Source: a virus. From it: 64,000 nt of DNA. The notes beneath the pieces are model-generated. The model was given only the letters and a program-made list of their open reading frames with translations. It had not been told where the DNA came from and made no database searches. Positions 48,665 to 57,068 of the stretch are shown here, piece after piece; positions within the stretch are counted from its first letter, which is position 1, and every line of letters starts with the position of its first letter. The stretch lies in the IMG/VR virus record IMGVR_UViG_3300026488_000019, positions 20,996 to 84,995 of that record, one strand, 5' to 3'. The translations under genes were made by a program, and so were the position numbers.

Positions 48665-48872
48665 GGAGGTTGTAATGGAGACAAGAGTCAAAGCTTGGGT
48701 AGGAAAAGAATGTCACTGTAGTTATTGTGGGAGTTCTGTAATATTTACTAATGATAGTTCTAAAGGTAGAGATTATTTTCTTTATTGTTGTAACAAAGAT
48801 TGTCCTTACCATAAAGGTCAACCTGTTTATGATGACGAATTTCCTGAATGGCTCTGCTTAGAAGATGATTAA
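48636..48872 (+). CDS. Small Cys-rich protein (likely start METRVK)
   Basis: AAGGAGG SD; CSYC...CCNKDC. Confidence 0.6.
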   Translation: MLLRLIKEFKEVVMETRVKAWVGKECHCSYCGSSVIFTNDSSKGRDYFLYCCNKDCPYHKGQPVYDDEFPEWLCLEDD

Positions 48873-49128
48873 AGAGGTTAAAATGAGATCAATTTACAAA
48901 GTTGATTGGCTTGTTACAGTAGAGTCAGATGAATCATTAGAATCTGCGGATAATTACTTTTGTTGTCCAATCTGTAAAGGAAGATGGGTCTACACTTTCT
49001 ACGGTGATCCAGAATACGAAATAGGAGAAATATTTAGATGTCTTTGTTGCTTTTCAATATTTAGATTGTTAGGAGTGGAGAACAATGAAGTAGCAACCAT
49101 TGAACTAGTTAGAAGAGGTAAGAGATGA
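48865..49128 (+). CDS. Small zinc-ribbon protein
   Basis: CPIC...CLCC. Confidence 0.55.
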   Translation: MIKEVKMRSIYKVDWLVTVESDESLESADNYFCCPICKGRWVYTFYGDPEYEIGEIFRCLCCFSIFRLLGVENNEVATIELVRRGKR

Positions 49129-49409
49129 AGGGTTGTGGTAAAATAATCAAAGCAGGAAGGTTTATCAAGTTTGCTGAGTTTAGATTTTGCAATGATTGTT
49201 CTTGTAAAGATAATCCAGAAGATTGCAAGGAACATAGAGATTACTATGATGCTGTGAAAGTAGAGTTTGATGGTTTTGGAGAACATATTTACCTTGAAGT
49301 AAGAGGATTGTTAATAGACAAGTTAGGAGAAGTGGAATTTGATAAAGAAAGGAAAACTCCGAATGTGGAAGTTAAGGAAGTAGATCACTCTCTTATTGGA
49401 GGAAGGTAA
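49125..49409 (+). CDS. Small Cys-rich hypothetical protein
   Basis: ATGA overlap with the previous gene. Confidence 0.55.
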   Translation: MKGCGKIIKAGRFIKFAEFRFCNDCSCKDNPEDCKEHRDYYDAVKVEFDGFGEHIYLEVRGLLIDKLGEVEFDKERKTPNVEVKEVDHSLIGGR

Positions 49410-49414
49410 AGACG

Positions 49415-49618
49415 ATGTTAAGAAGACTAATTGATAGGATTAAAACCTTTCTAAATAAAGAAGAAAAGAATGAATTTAAGAGTGAGATAAGAGATTTTGA
49501 CTCAGAACGAGATGATTACATACAAAGATTAGAAACTTTTGAAATGTTAATTCATCTTAGGATGTTAAAATACCTTTTAGATGACTCTTTTAGAGAAGAG
49601 GGTGGTAATGATTCTTAA
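49415..49618 (+). CDS. Hypothetical protein
   Basis: GGAGG/AAGG upstream. Confidence 0.5.
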   Translation: MLRRLIDRIKTFLNKEEKNEFKSEIRDFDSERDDYIQRLETFEMLIHLRMLKYLLDDSFREEGGNDS

Positions 49619-50600
49619 GAACTTCCCATTTGACTACAAAGTTAAACCCTCTGACCCAAACGAAATCCAAATTTGTTGTCCTTTCTGTGAGAAGTTAGGT
49701 AAAACTCCTGATACTAAGTACCACTTATACATTCACTTAAAGAAGAAGGTGTTCCATTGCTTTAGATGTGGTAAATCTGGTAAGTTTAGAACCTTAACTC
49801 AACTTATAAGAATCTTAACAGGTAAAAGTCCTAATCTACTTGAGAGCGATTGGGATGAGATTATAAAGGAAGCTTTAAGCTACTTTGACAAACCTTTCCA
49901 TTTACCTGAAACATCTCAAGTTCAGGAAGTATTAGACCTGGATATTATCTCCTACCCAGTTAGTAAAACTCTTACTCCAATAGCTTACAACTACCTTAAG
50001 AGTAGAAATCTAAATGACTCTGAGATAGAGGAGTATCAGATAAGAGTAGGTAAGTCTTATCAAGTTGATAACAGAACTATAAGGAAGTGGAAGGGTAGGG
50101 TTTTATTTCCATTCTTTGAGAATGGTCAAGTTATTTACTTAGTAGGTAGGACTTATACCAACCAAGAGCCTAAATATCTCAACTCTAAAGGTAATCGTAG
50201 AGATAAGCTGTTTCCTAGTAAAACTTTCAAAACTTCTGAAATTATAGTTTGTGAAGGTATATTTGATGTAATCAATGCTAAAAGGACTACTGGAATATAC
50301 AGCGTAGCTACTTTAGGCAAAGAAATAACAGAAGAGCAAGTTAACATTATGGTAGAAAATGGAGTTAAAACAGTTTACCTAGCACTAGACCCTGATTTAA
50401 CTGTTAAGGAGTGGCAAAAGAACATTTGGAAATTCCTAGTTAAGGGTTGTAAGGTTTATCCAGTATTACTCCCACAAGGTTATGATGTAGACTCTATTGG
50501 AAGTAGGTTCCCCTATTACCTAGAATTAGCTCTGAAGAAGGATTATTTATCAACTCTCTTATTCCAGCCTGAATTTCTAACTCAAACCTGTTTAGTTTAG
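49581..50600 (+). CDS. dnaG: DnaG-type DNA primase (zinc finger plus TOPRIM)
   Basis: CPFC...FHCFRCG, RVLFP, PKYLNS, VCEGIFD, TLGK and LALDPD motifs. Confidence 0.9.
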   Translation: MTLLEKRVVMILKNFPFDYKVKPSDPNEIQICCPFCEKLGKTPDTKYHLYIHLKKKVFHCFRCGKSGKFRTLTQLIRILTGKSPNLLESDWDEIIKEALSYFDKPFHLPETSQVQEVLDLDIISYPVSKTLTPIAYNYLKSRNLNDSEIEEYQIRVGKSYQVDNRTIRKWKGRVLFPFFENGQVIYLVGRTYTNQEPKYLNSKGNRRDKLFPSKTFKTSEIIVCEGIFDVINAKRTTGIYSVATLGKEITEEQVNIMVENGVKTVYLALDPDLTVKEWQKNIWKFLVKGCKVYPVLLPQGYDVDSIGSRFPYYLELALKKDYLSTLLFQPEFLTQTCLV

Positions 50601-50601
50601 T
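50568..50601 (+). promoter_or_regulatory. Copy of the promoter motif inside the 3' end of the primase gene
   Basis: CCTGAATTTCTAACTCAAACCTGTTTAGTTTAGT, upstream of 50627. Confidence 0.7.
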
Positions 50602-50626
50602 AGAAAGGTAAGTTAGGAGGGTTGAT

Positions 50627-50938
50627 ATGTATGGAGTATATCCTTTTCCTTTAAGGAATAAAGGGGTAGCTAATGCTTTAAAGCTTCTCTTAGAAGCTTA
50701 TAAGAAAGGTTCTACTTACTGTCCTGTTTGTGGAGGGTATGGGTTTATAGTTCATGGATTTGATTCAATTGGGAATCCTCTTAGCGAAACTAAGTGTAAC
50801 TACTGTAATGGTAGTGGAAGAGTAACTTTTGATAAGTTTGTTGAGGTTTTAGAAAAGGATTTAGAGTTAGTTAAGGAGTTGGATCAAGAAGGTAACCTAA
50901 AAAATGAAGAAGATGAAATAGATGATATTGAATTCTAA
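50627..50938 (+). CDS. Protein with a DnaJ-type CxxCxGxG zinc finger
   Basis: CPVCGGYG and CNYCNGSG. Confidence 0.7.
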   Translation: MYGVYPFPLRNKGVANALKLLLEAYKKGSTYCPVCGGYGFIVHGFDSIGNPLSETKCNYCNGSGRVTFDKFVEVLEKDLELVKELDQEGNLKNEEDEIDDIEF

Positions 50939-51031
50939 TCAAATCAGGAGGATAACGATGAGTATTATGGATAAGTTTTATCTTCATACATTAGTATCAA
51001 AGCTGTTAAAACCCTTCCTCAGGAGGTCAAT

Positions 51032-51217
51032 ATGAGTACTAGGAAAAAGGTTTTAGTAAAGACTAATCAACCTTTGTTAGACTTAGGGAAGATTAAGAAA
51101 AATGTTTACCAAGTATTAGAGAGCACTCCTAATGGAGTTGTGGTAGAAGCTTCCCAATTTCAGATTGAAATGCTGAAAGCAGAAGGATTTGAAGTTTTAG
51201 AGGAATTAAACGAATAA
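51032..51217 (+). CDS. Hypothetical protein
   Basis: AGGAGG SD. Confidence 0.6.
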   Translation: MSTRKKVLVKTNQPLLDLGKIKKNVYQVLESTPNGVVVEASQFQIEMLKAEGFEVLEELNE

Positions 51218-51291
51218 AGGACATCTGCTAACAGTTAGTTTTTATTAGTAATAGTTAGCAGATGTCCTTCGCTACTACCATTTAGGTAGTA
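51217..51291 (-). other. Hairpins overlapping the tnpB 3' end (candidate omegaRNA scaffold or bidirectional terminator)
   Basis: Perfect 16-bp inverted repeat AAGGACATCTGCTAAC (51217-51232) / GTTAGCAGATGTCCTT (51254-51269), plus a TACTACC/GGTAGTA hairpin. Confidence 0.55.
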
Positions 51292-52671
51292 AGACTTACT
51301 ATCCCTTATTCCCTTTAAAAGGGAACTCAGGGAATACTTTCTAAACAAGTTTATCCTGACTGGGTTACAAAGTTTACTTAACCAGTTTCTTAACTTTAGG
51401 AAACTTTTTCTAACATTTTTACCTAATGCTTTGATAGCAATGTTTAAAGCTCCATTTAAGTCAGCATTAAAGACCTTATTGAGTTTCAGGTCTTTGAAAA
51501 GACCTCTTTTGATTCGTTTACCGTTGAGTTGTAATCCCTTTAAATCTTGCTCAGTAATCTTATCTTTAGCTTTATCTTTTATAATCTCTATGTTACCAGA
51601 GATTGAAGATGTCTTGGAAGTATAACTTTCGTCAACTATCTTAAACTTGATACCTGCTAATTCACATTTGTATTTCAAGGTATTAATTAGCTTACCAAAA
51701 GGGATACTTCTAAAAGTTTGATTGAACTTTTTACCTTTATTCCCTTTTCTCTGATACTCTTCAGTCAGAGATTTTGATATTACTATTGTTCCTATTCCTT
51801 CTTGTAAACATAGGCTAATGAGGAAGTTAGCTACTGAGCTGAAGAAATGCTTTAATCGTTTATTCCTGTAATTCCACAATAACTTATGCTCTCTTTCTTT
51901 TCCTTCTGATTGTAATTTGGCTGAGAGCTTGTTTACCCATTGGTTAAAGGATTTGACTGGGTTACCATCAATTATGAAAGATCTAATGTTTTCTTTGTTG
52001 GAAATAACTGTTAGTAAGTTCTTGATTCCTAAGTCAATTGATAGGAAGTAGCTTTTATTGAGGTTAACCTTTTCAACATCAACTTCATAGTTGATTAGAA
52101 ACTCTACATCCTGATCTTTATTCCATCTGATTTTGAGATGTCCACTAAAGTTTAAGGATTTAGGAATTTTGATTCTAACTGCACCAAAAGCTTTTCCAAT
52201 TCTTACTACTATGTGATTGGACTTCTTTTTGCTTTTAAGTTTTCTCTTATCAACTACCATATTTGGATTGGTTTCAATGGTAAAGGAGTAAAGAGAGTCT
52301 AATTTCTTAGGAGTTGGTAAATTGGCTTTCTGGTTTAATTTCCATAAAGAAAGAACTGCCTTATACTCCCTTGCTATTACATTGATTAGCATTTTAACAG
52401 TATCACTCCCTATTTTCTCTTGCCATAGTTGTCTAAGTTCTTCTTTCCATTTCTTGATGGATTCATTCTCGTAAGGTAGTTCAACTTCACATTTAACAAA
52501 CTTCCCAAGGAAACTAACTTGGGTAAAAGGTTTAATATCTCTGGTATTAGCAAAATATTCAATAGCACAAAGGTAGAGGAGGTTCTTGAAATGTTGAAAT
52601 GTTTTGGAAGCCTTTTCCAGTTTATTTATAACACTTCTTTTCTTTGACTTAATGCTTAGTGTTAGTAACAA
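51235..52671 (-). CDS. tnpB: TnpB-family RNA-guided nuclease (stand-alone, opposite to its neighbours); probable TTG start at 52671
   Basis: SIDLGIKN, VDESYTSK, GKRIKRGLF and NADLNGALNI motifs; GAGGTG SD. Confidence 0.9.
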   Translation of the reverse strand: MLLTLSIKSKKRSVINKLEKASKTFQHFKNLLYLCAIEYFANTRDIKPFTQVSFLGKFVKCEVELPYENESIKKWKEELRQLWQEKIGSDTVKMLINVIAREYKAVLSLWKLNQKANLPTPKKLDSLYSFTIETNPNMVVDKRKLKSKKKSNHIVVRIGKAFGAVRIKIPKSLNFSGHLKIRWNKDQDVEFLINYEVDVEKVNLNKSYFLSIDLGIKNLLTVISNKENIRSFIIDGNPVKSFNQWVNKLSAKLQSEGKEREHKLLWNYRNKRLKHFFSSVANFLISLCLQEGIGTIVISKSLTEEYQRKGNKGKKFNQTFRSIPFGKLINTLKYKCELAGIKFKIVDESYTSKTSSISGNIEIIKDKAKDKITEQDLKGLQLNGKRIKRGLFKDLKLNKVFNADLNGALNIAIKALGKNVRKSFLKLRNWLSKLCNPVRINLFRKYSLSSLLKGIRDSKSYYLNGSSEGHLLTITNKN

Positions 52672-52788
52672 TCTTTCACCTCTATATGAGGTTATAATAT
52701 ATTGTAGTTCTAATTCCAAGAAAAGGCAAGTATTAAAGGAATATATCAAAATGTTTTAAAAGTTAAAACAGTTGAAGAGGAGGATTAG

Positions 52789-53178
52789 ATGAAAGAACTA
52801 CATATAGGAGTGTCTGAAAGAGGATGTTGTTGGGGTATTATTGAAGATGGTAAGGTGTTGGAAAAGGGTGAACTTGAACTAGAAGGTAAACAATTAAGAG
52901 AAGATCGTTGGGCTAGGTGGGATAAAGAAAAGGGAGTTGTTGTTAAAGGTGAGAATGGAGATGAAGTTATTTATGATGGGTTTATCTTAATAGTTCGTGA
53001 AAATAAAACAGGTAAAATCCTTACCAATGTTTTTGGTAGGGCTCAGATATACCCTGTTAAGTATTTTCCTATTCTTATTGCTCTTTTACCTCTTTTAACC
53101 AAAGAGAAAGAGGTTTTGAGCTTTAAAGTTGACAGTTTAATAACTTCTTTTATAGAAAAGTACATAAAGGAGGGTTAG
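52789..53178 (+). CDS. Hypothetical protein
   Basis: GGAGG SD. Confidence 0.6.
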   Translation: MKELHIGVSERGCCWGIIEDGKVLEKGELELEGKQLREDRWARWDKEKGVVVKGENGDEVIYDGFILIVRENKTGKILTNVFGRAQIYPVKYFPILIALLPLLTKEKEVLSFKVDSLITSFIEKYIKEG

Positions 53179-53380
53179 GTATGAATTGGAAGTACTTTGC
53201 TATGGTAGGAGTAGAGAAAGGGTTTGATTCACTTGATAACCAAGTTGTTTATCGTATTTTTGTTAGCAACGATTTTGAAAAAAGTTCTGAAGTAGTTGGA
53301 GTAGGAGATGGTTATGATGTTATTAATGAAGTTTCTTTTGTTCCAAGATCAGTAGGAAAGATTAAAGGGAAAGAGTTTAT

Positions 53381-54900
53381 CTTTTGCGGGTGGGAAGACC
53401 CCTTCCGTAAGGGAGGGGATGAAAGCCCGCAGGTAAATACCTTGAAATTAAATAATTATAGGTATAAATTATAACTATGGAGATGAAAAGAGCAATAGTT
53501 TTTGAATTAAACAATTTAACAGAAGAACAGCAGATAATACTTGGACACCTCACCTACCATGCTGGAAAGCTCTGGAATCAAGCAAACTACCTCGTAAAGA
53601 ACAGATTAGCAAAACCAGATTACAGAGACCTATACAACAAACTCAAAGACATATCCTTGCACCTACGCTCCTTACAGTCCCGCTCTGCTCAGATAGTCCT
53701 TGACGAACTGTCAAGAGGATGGAAGAACTTTTTCAAGTTTTTAGAAAGTCCTGAAAAATTCAAAAAGAAAGGAGTAAAAACGGTTAAACCACCAAACTAT
53801 GTAAGTTCTAAAATTCCTCACAGAGTAGTAACTTGGGACAAAACAGGATTCAAGGTTGAAGGAAGTAGGATAAGACTCTCACTTTCAAAGAGCTTGAAAG
53901 AGTATTTACTCAAAAAGTTTGGATTTTCCCCTAAATACCTGTGGATAGAAACGAGGTATAAAGGTTTAGAAAAGTTTAAAGTTCTCAATGTTCAAGTAGT
54001 TCCATATAAAGCCTACGGTCATATAAGCTTTAAGCTAGTAGTAGTGTATGAGAAAGAAGTTCCTAAAGTTGAAGCTAAAGGAGACAAGGTATTAGCGATA
54101 GACTACGGAATTTCAAACTTTGCGACCTGTGTAATAGAAGGGAATCCAATTTCCTACATCATAGATGGAAGAGGATTAAAGACTTTACTCAGGAGGAAGC
54201 TCAAAAAGATAGCTAACCTGCAAAGAAGGCTGGACAATCTTAAGAATAAAGGGCTACCAACTGTTCAAGTAGAAAAGAAGCTCCACAGGCTTTGGAAGAG
54301 CGTAAAGAACTTATTGAGGGACTACGCTCACAAAGTTAGCAACCTAATAAAAGAACTTGCACTCAGGAACAAAGTAAAGACGGTAGTAATAGGAAATGTC
54401 CAAGAGTCAAAGAACAAAGAGAGCAACTTACCTGACCTTGTGAATCAGATGTTCAAGCTATTACCTCATGGGAAAGTAACAGAATTCCTAACCTACAAGC
54501 TCAGAGAAGTGGGAATAGAGGTTAAGCTGATAGACGAGAGCTATACTTCCGTTACTGACTCTTGTGACAGTAAAGCAGGAGTAACAAAAGAAAGCAAAGG
54601 TAACGGAAGGAGGGTAAAGAGAGGACTATTCCTATCCCCATTTAAAGGATTCATCAATGCAGATGTCAATGGGGCGAGGAATATTTTAAGGAAGTTCAAG
54701 AAGAAGTGGTTTGACCTTGTAACGGGACTCAAAAAAGTGGTCAAGATAAGAATCTACAAGTTAAGCAAAGGTATCTCCGAGTCCCTGCTTTTTGCAGGGA
54801 TAGGAGTAGAGGGTGGCGTGAACCCGCCCAGAGGGATAAGGGTAGGGATAACCTACCAAACTCCCTCAGAAGCTCCGTCCGTAAGGGCGGAGTAGTTCAC
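53381..54900 (+). mobile_element. IS200/IS605-family, tnpB-only (IS1341-like) element, 1520 bp
   Basis: Inserted 3' of TTTAT with no target duplication. Left-end hairpin GAAGACCCTTCCGTAAGGGAGGGG; right-end hairpin GAAGCTCCGTCCGTAAGGGCGGAG followed by TAGTTCAC. Confidence 0.9.
53477..54895 (+). CDS. tnpB: TnpB RNA-guided nuclease
   Basis: KLWNQANY, AIDYGISN, IDESYTS, RVKRGLF and NADVNGARNI motifs. Confidence 0.93.
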   Translation: MEMKRAIVFELNNLTEEQQIILGHLTYHAGKLWNQANYLVKNRLAKPDYRDLYNKLKDISLHLRSLQSRSAQIVLDELSRGWKNFFKFLESPEKFKKKGVKTVKPPNYVSSKIPHRVVTWDKTGFKVEGSRIRLSLSKSLKEYLLKKFGFSPKYLWIETRYKGLEKFKVLNVQVVPYKAYGHISFKLVVVYEKEVPKVEAKGDKVLAIDYGISNFATCVIEGNPISYIIDGRGLKTLLRRKLKKIANLQRRLDNLKNKGLPTVQVEKKLHRLWKSVKNLLRDYAHKVSNLIKELALRNKVKTVVIGNVQESKNKESNLPDLVNQMFKLLPHGKVTEFLTYKLREVGIEVKLIDESYTSVTDSCDSKAGVTKESKGNGRRVKRGLFLSPFKGFINADVNGARNILRKFKKKWFDLVTGLKKVVKIRIYKLSKGISESLLFAGIGVEGGVNPPRGIRVGITYQTPSEAPSVRAE

Positions 54901-55028
54901 TGTTCAGATTCTAATTCCTACATTAAAGAACTTTCAAGTTGAAAAGGTTAAGATGACATCATGGTTATCTGATCAAACTACTGAACTCTTTACTTCTGCT
55001 GGGTTAAAAGTTGAATAGGAGGTAAACA

Positions 55029-55718
55029 ATGGTAAAACTATTTAAGGAAGCAATAGAATTACAAGATAAGCTCAATTCCAATATTGATCCTAACTGGAAA
55101 ACTAACAGGGTTTTGGAAGATTGGGTAATAGCTACTAATCAAGAGTTTGCTGAGCTTATGGATAGCCTTCCTTGGGCTTGGTGGAAAAAGCAATCCGAAA
55201 TAGACATAAATAATGTTAGGTTGGAGTTAGTTGATATTTTCCACTTTCTCCTTTCCTTTGCTATACAAGGAGCATATTTAGTAGGAGTGGATAAGGAAGA
55301 TTTAGCTCATTACATTCACTTCCAAGCTACCAAAGAACCTACTACCTATTCCCTTAATCCCAGAACTCTAATGAAGCTTTATAGAGAAATGTTATTTGAA
55401 ATAGGACTCTTTACAACTCATAAAGACAAAGTCTATTTAGACCTGTATTTTGGAACTTTCTTTGAGATGGTTAGGACTGCTGGTATGTCTATTGAAATGT
55501 TATTGAAGCTTTACTTAGGTAAGAATGCTTTAAATCAACTCAGGAAGGATTTTGGCTATAAGGAAGGTAAGTATATTAAGGATTGGAATGGTAAAGAAGA
55601 CAATGAAATTATGATGGAGTTGTTAGATAACTTAGAACCTTCCTTTGAAACTATTTACAAAACTTTAAAAGAATACTATGAAACCAATGTTTTAAAGGAG
55701 GAAGTCATAAATGAATAA
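55029..55718 (+). CDS. dut: Dimeric (all-alpha) dUTPase
   Basis: EFAELMDSLPWAWWKK, ELVDIFHF, KNALNQLR..GYKEG and WNGKEDN motifs. Confidence 0.88.
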   Translation: MVKLFKEAIELQDKLNSNIDPNWKTNRVLEDWVIATNQEFAELMDSLPWAWWKKQSEIDINNVRLELVDIFHFLLSFAIQGAYLVGVDKEDLAHYIHFQATKEPTTYSLNPRTLMKLYREMLFEIGLFTTHKDKVYLDLYFGTFFEMVRTAGMSIEMLLKLYLGKNALNQLRKDFGYKEGKYIKDWNGKEDNEIMMELLDNLEPSFETIYKTLKEYYETNVLKEEVINE

Positions 55719-56571
55719 CCATTACCACTTTATAGACGGTAACTACCTTATGCATCGTTCTATTCATAAAGGTCAAGGATTAACTTACAACAACATTTTT
55801 ACAGGAGGAGCTTACATCTTTCTTAGAACTCTCTTTTCTATTGGAAATTTATCTAATATGGTAGTAGTTTTTGATGGAGGTCATTCTAAGAGGAGAAAGC
55901 TACTACTAGAAACCTATAAAGTTAAGGAAAAGCACGACGATGAGTTTAGACAACAGTTTTCTACTACTCAGAAAATTCTAAAAGAGATTTTACCTGCTTT
56001 AGGTATAGCTGTGGTTCAAATTTCAGAACAAGAGGCTGATGATATTATCTATTGGCTTACTACTAAGTTCTATCAGAGTAAGTCAACAGTCCATACTGAT
56101 GATGAGGATTATCTTCAATTATTACAATGGTCTGTTAAAGTTCACAGGCCTATGAAAGGAGAGTACTATACATCTGAGCAGGACTTTATAGAAAAATATG
56201 GTTATCATCCTAAATACCTAGCTTTAAAAAAAGCTCTAATGGGAGACTCTTCAGACAACATTCCTGGAGTTAGAGGAATAGGAGATAAGAGGGCTACCCA
56301 GATTGTTAAGGAGATGTTTAAGCTAAACTTGGAGCCTGAAATTTCCAACTTGGAGAGTTTAGTTAAACAGAGGAAGGAAACTTGGGCTAGGAGGGTATTA
56401 GATAGTTTAGACATAGTAGAAAGAAACCTAAAGCTGATTGACTTCAGGTATGTTGACTTAGCTGATATTGATACTCAGTTAGACTTCACTAAGAAAGACT
56501 TAATGTTAGCTACTAAGTTATTTGGTAAATATGGGTTCAAGAGTTTATTATCCAAGTTAGTGGATTTGTAG
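55711..56571 (+). CDS. 5'-3' exonuclease / flap endonuclease (T4 RNase H-like)
   Basis: IDGNY, VVFDGG, EADDII, DEDYLQL and LMGDSSDNIPGVRGIG motifs. Confidence 0.92.
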   Translation: MNNHYHFIDGNYLMHRSIHKGQGLTYNNIFTGGAYIFLRTLFSIGNLSNMVVVFDGGHSKRRKLLLETYKVKEKHDDEFRQQFSTTQKILKEILPALGIAVVQISEQEADDIIYWLTTKFYQSKSTVHTDDEDYLQLLQWSVKVHRPMKGEYYTSEQDFIEKYGYHPKYLALKKALMGDSSDNIPGVRGIGDKRATQIVKEMFKLNLEPEISNLESLVKQRKETWARRVLDSLDIVERNLKLIDFRYVDLADIDTQLDFTKKDLMLATKLFGKYGFKSLLSKLVDL

Positions 56572-56593
56572 TAATTGTTGGAAGGAGGTATAG

Positions 56594-57043
56594 ATGGAAC
56601 TAATAAGAGAGCTGTTAGATTTGTTAGACCAGTTAGAAGAAGCTAATCAGATTAAAAAGCAAACTCAAGGGTTATGGGATCAGATATTAAGCCATACGGT
56701 TAAGTTGTACCTCTTTGAGAAAGATGATGATAAGAGAAAACACATCAAAGATATTACAGTTTGGGCTAAAGACATTTTGAAGAAACTTAAAAGGAGTAGC
56801 TCTAATATCTCTTATGGAAAATTGTACGATTGGTATGGTTTAGATAGAATTGAGGAGGATATTAAGGAAGAAATTTTCTACTGGAAGTCTGAATATCCAA
56901 TTGAACCAGTTAGGAGTGATAATGAAGTTATTAACATCGTTAAGACTAAGATGACGAAGTTATTGAGATGTTTAAGCGATAAAAATTTAACCTGTATTCT
57001 CAGTTGGAGAGACCAGATAAAAGATGATTTAAAGGTTTGGTAA
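56594..57043 (+). CDS. DUF29-like helical protein, paralogue of 45446..45919
   Basis: GLWDQILSHTVKLYLF...KHIKDI. Confidence 0.55.
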   Translation: MELIRELLDLLDQLEEANQIKKQTQGLWDQILSHTVKLYLFEKDDDKRKHIKDITVWAKDILKKLKRSSSNISYGKLYDWYGLDRIEEDIKEEIFYWKSEYPIEPVRSDNEVINIVKTKMTKLLRCLSDKNLTCILSWRDQIKDDLKVW

Positions 57044-57068
57044 TAAACAACCAACAAAGAGGTTCAGG

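Larger units (their letters stand above)
53181..55018 (+). pseudogene. 105-aa phage gene interrupted by an IS (53181-53380 joined to 54901-55018)
   Basis: Removing 53381-54900 restores the frame: ...KIKGKEFI-VQILIPTLKNFQVEKVKMTSWLSDQTTELFTSAGLKVE*. Confidence 0.8.

Noticed and set aside
52672-52749. N-terminal extension of the minus-strand TnpB given in the ORF track
   Set aside because: The GAGGTG SD supports the TTG at 52671; the upstream stretch looks like promoter sequence.
53381-53476. IStron (group I intron-IS hybrid)
   Set aside because: Only 96 nt lie between the left end and tnpB, with no P/Q/R/S core.
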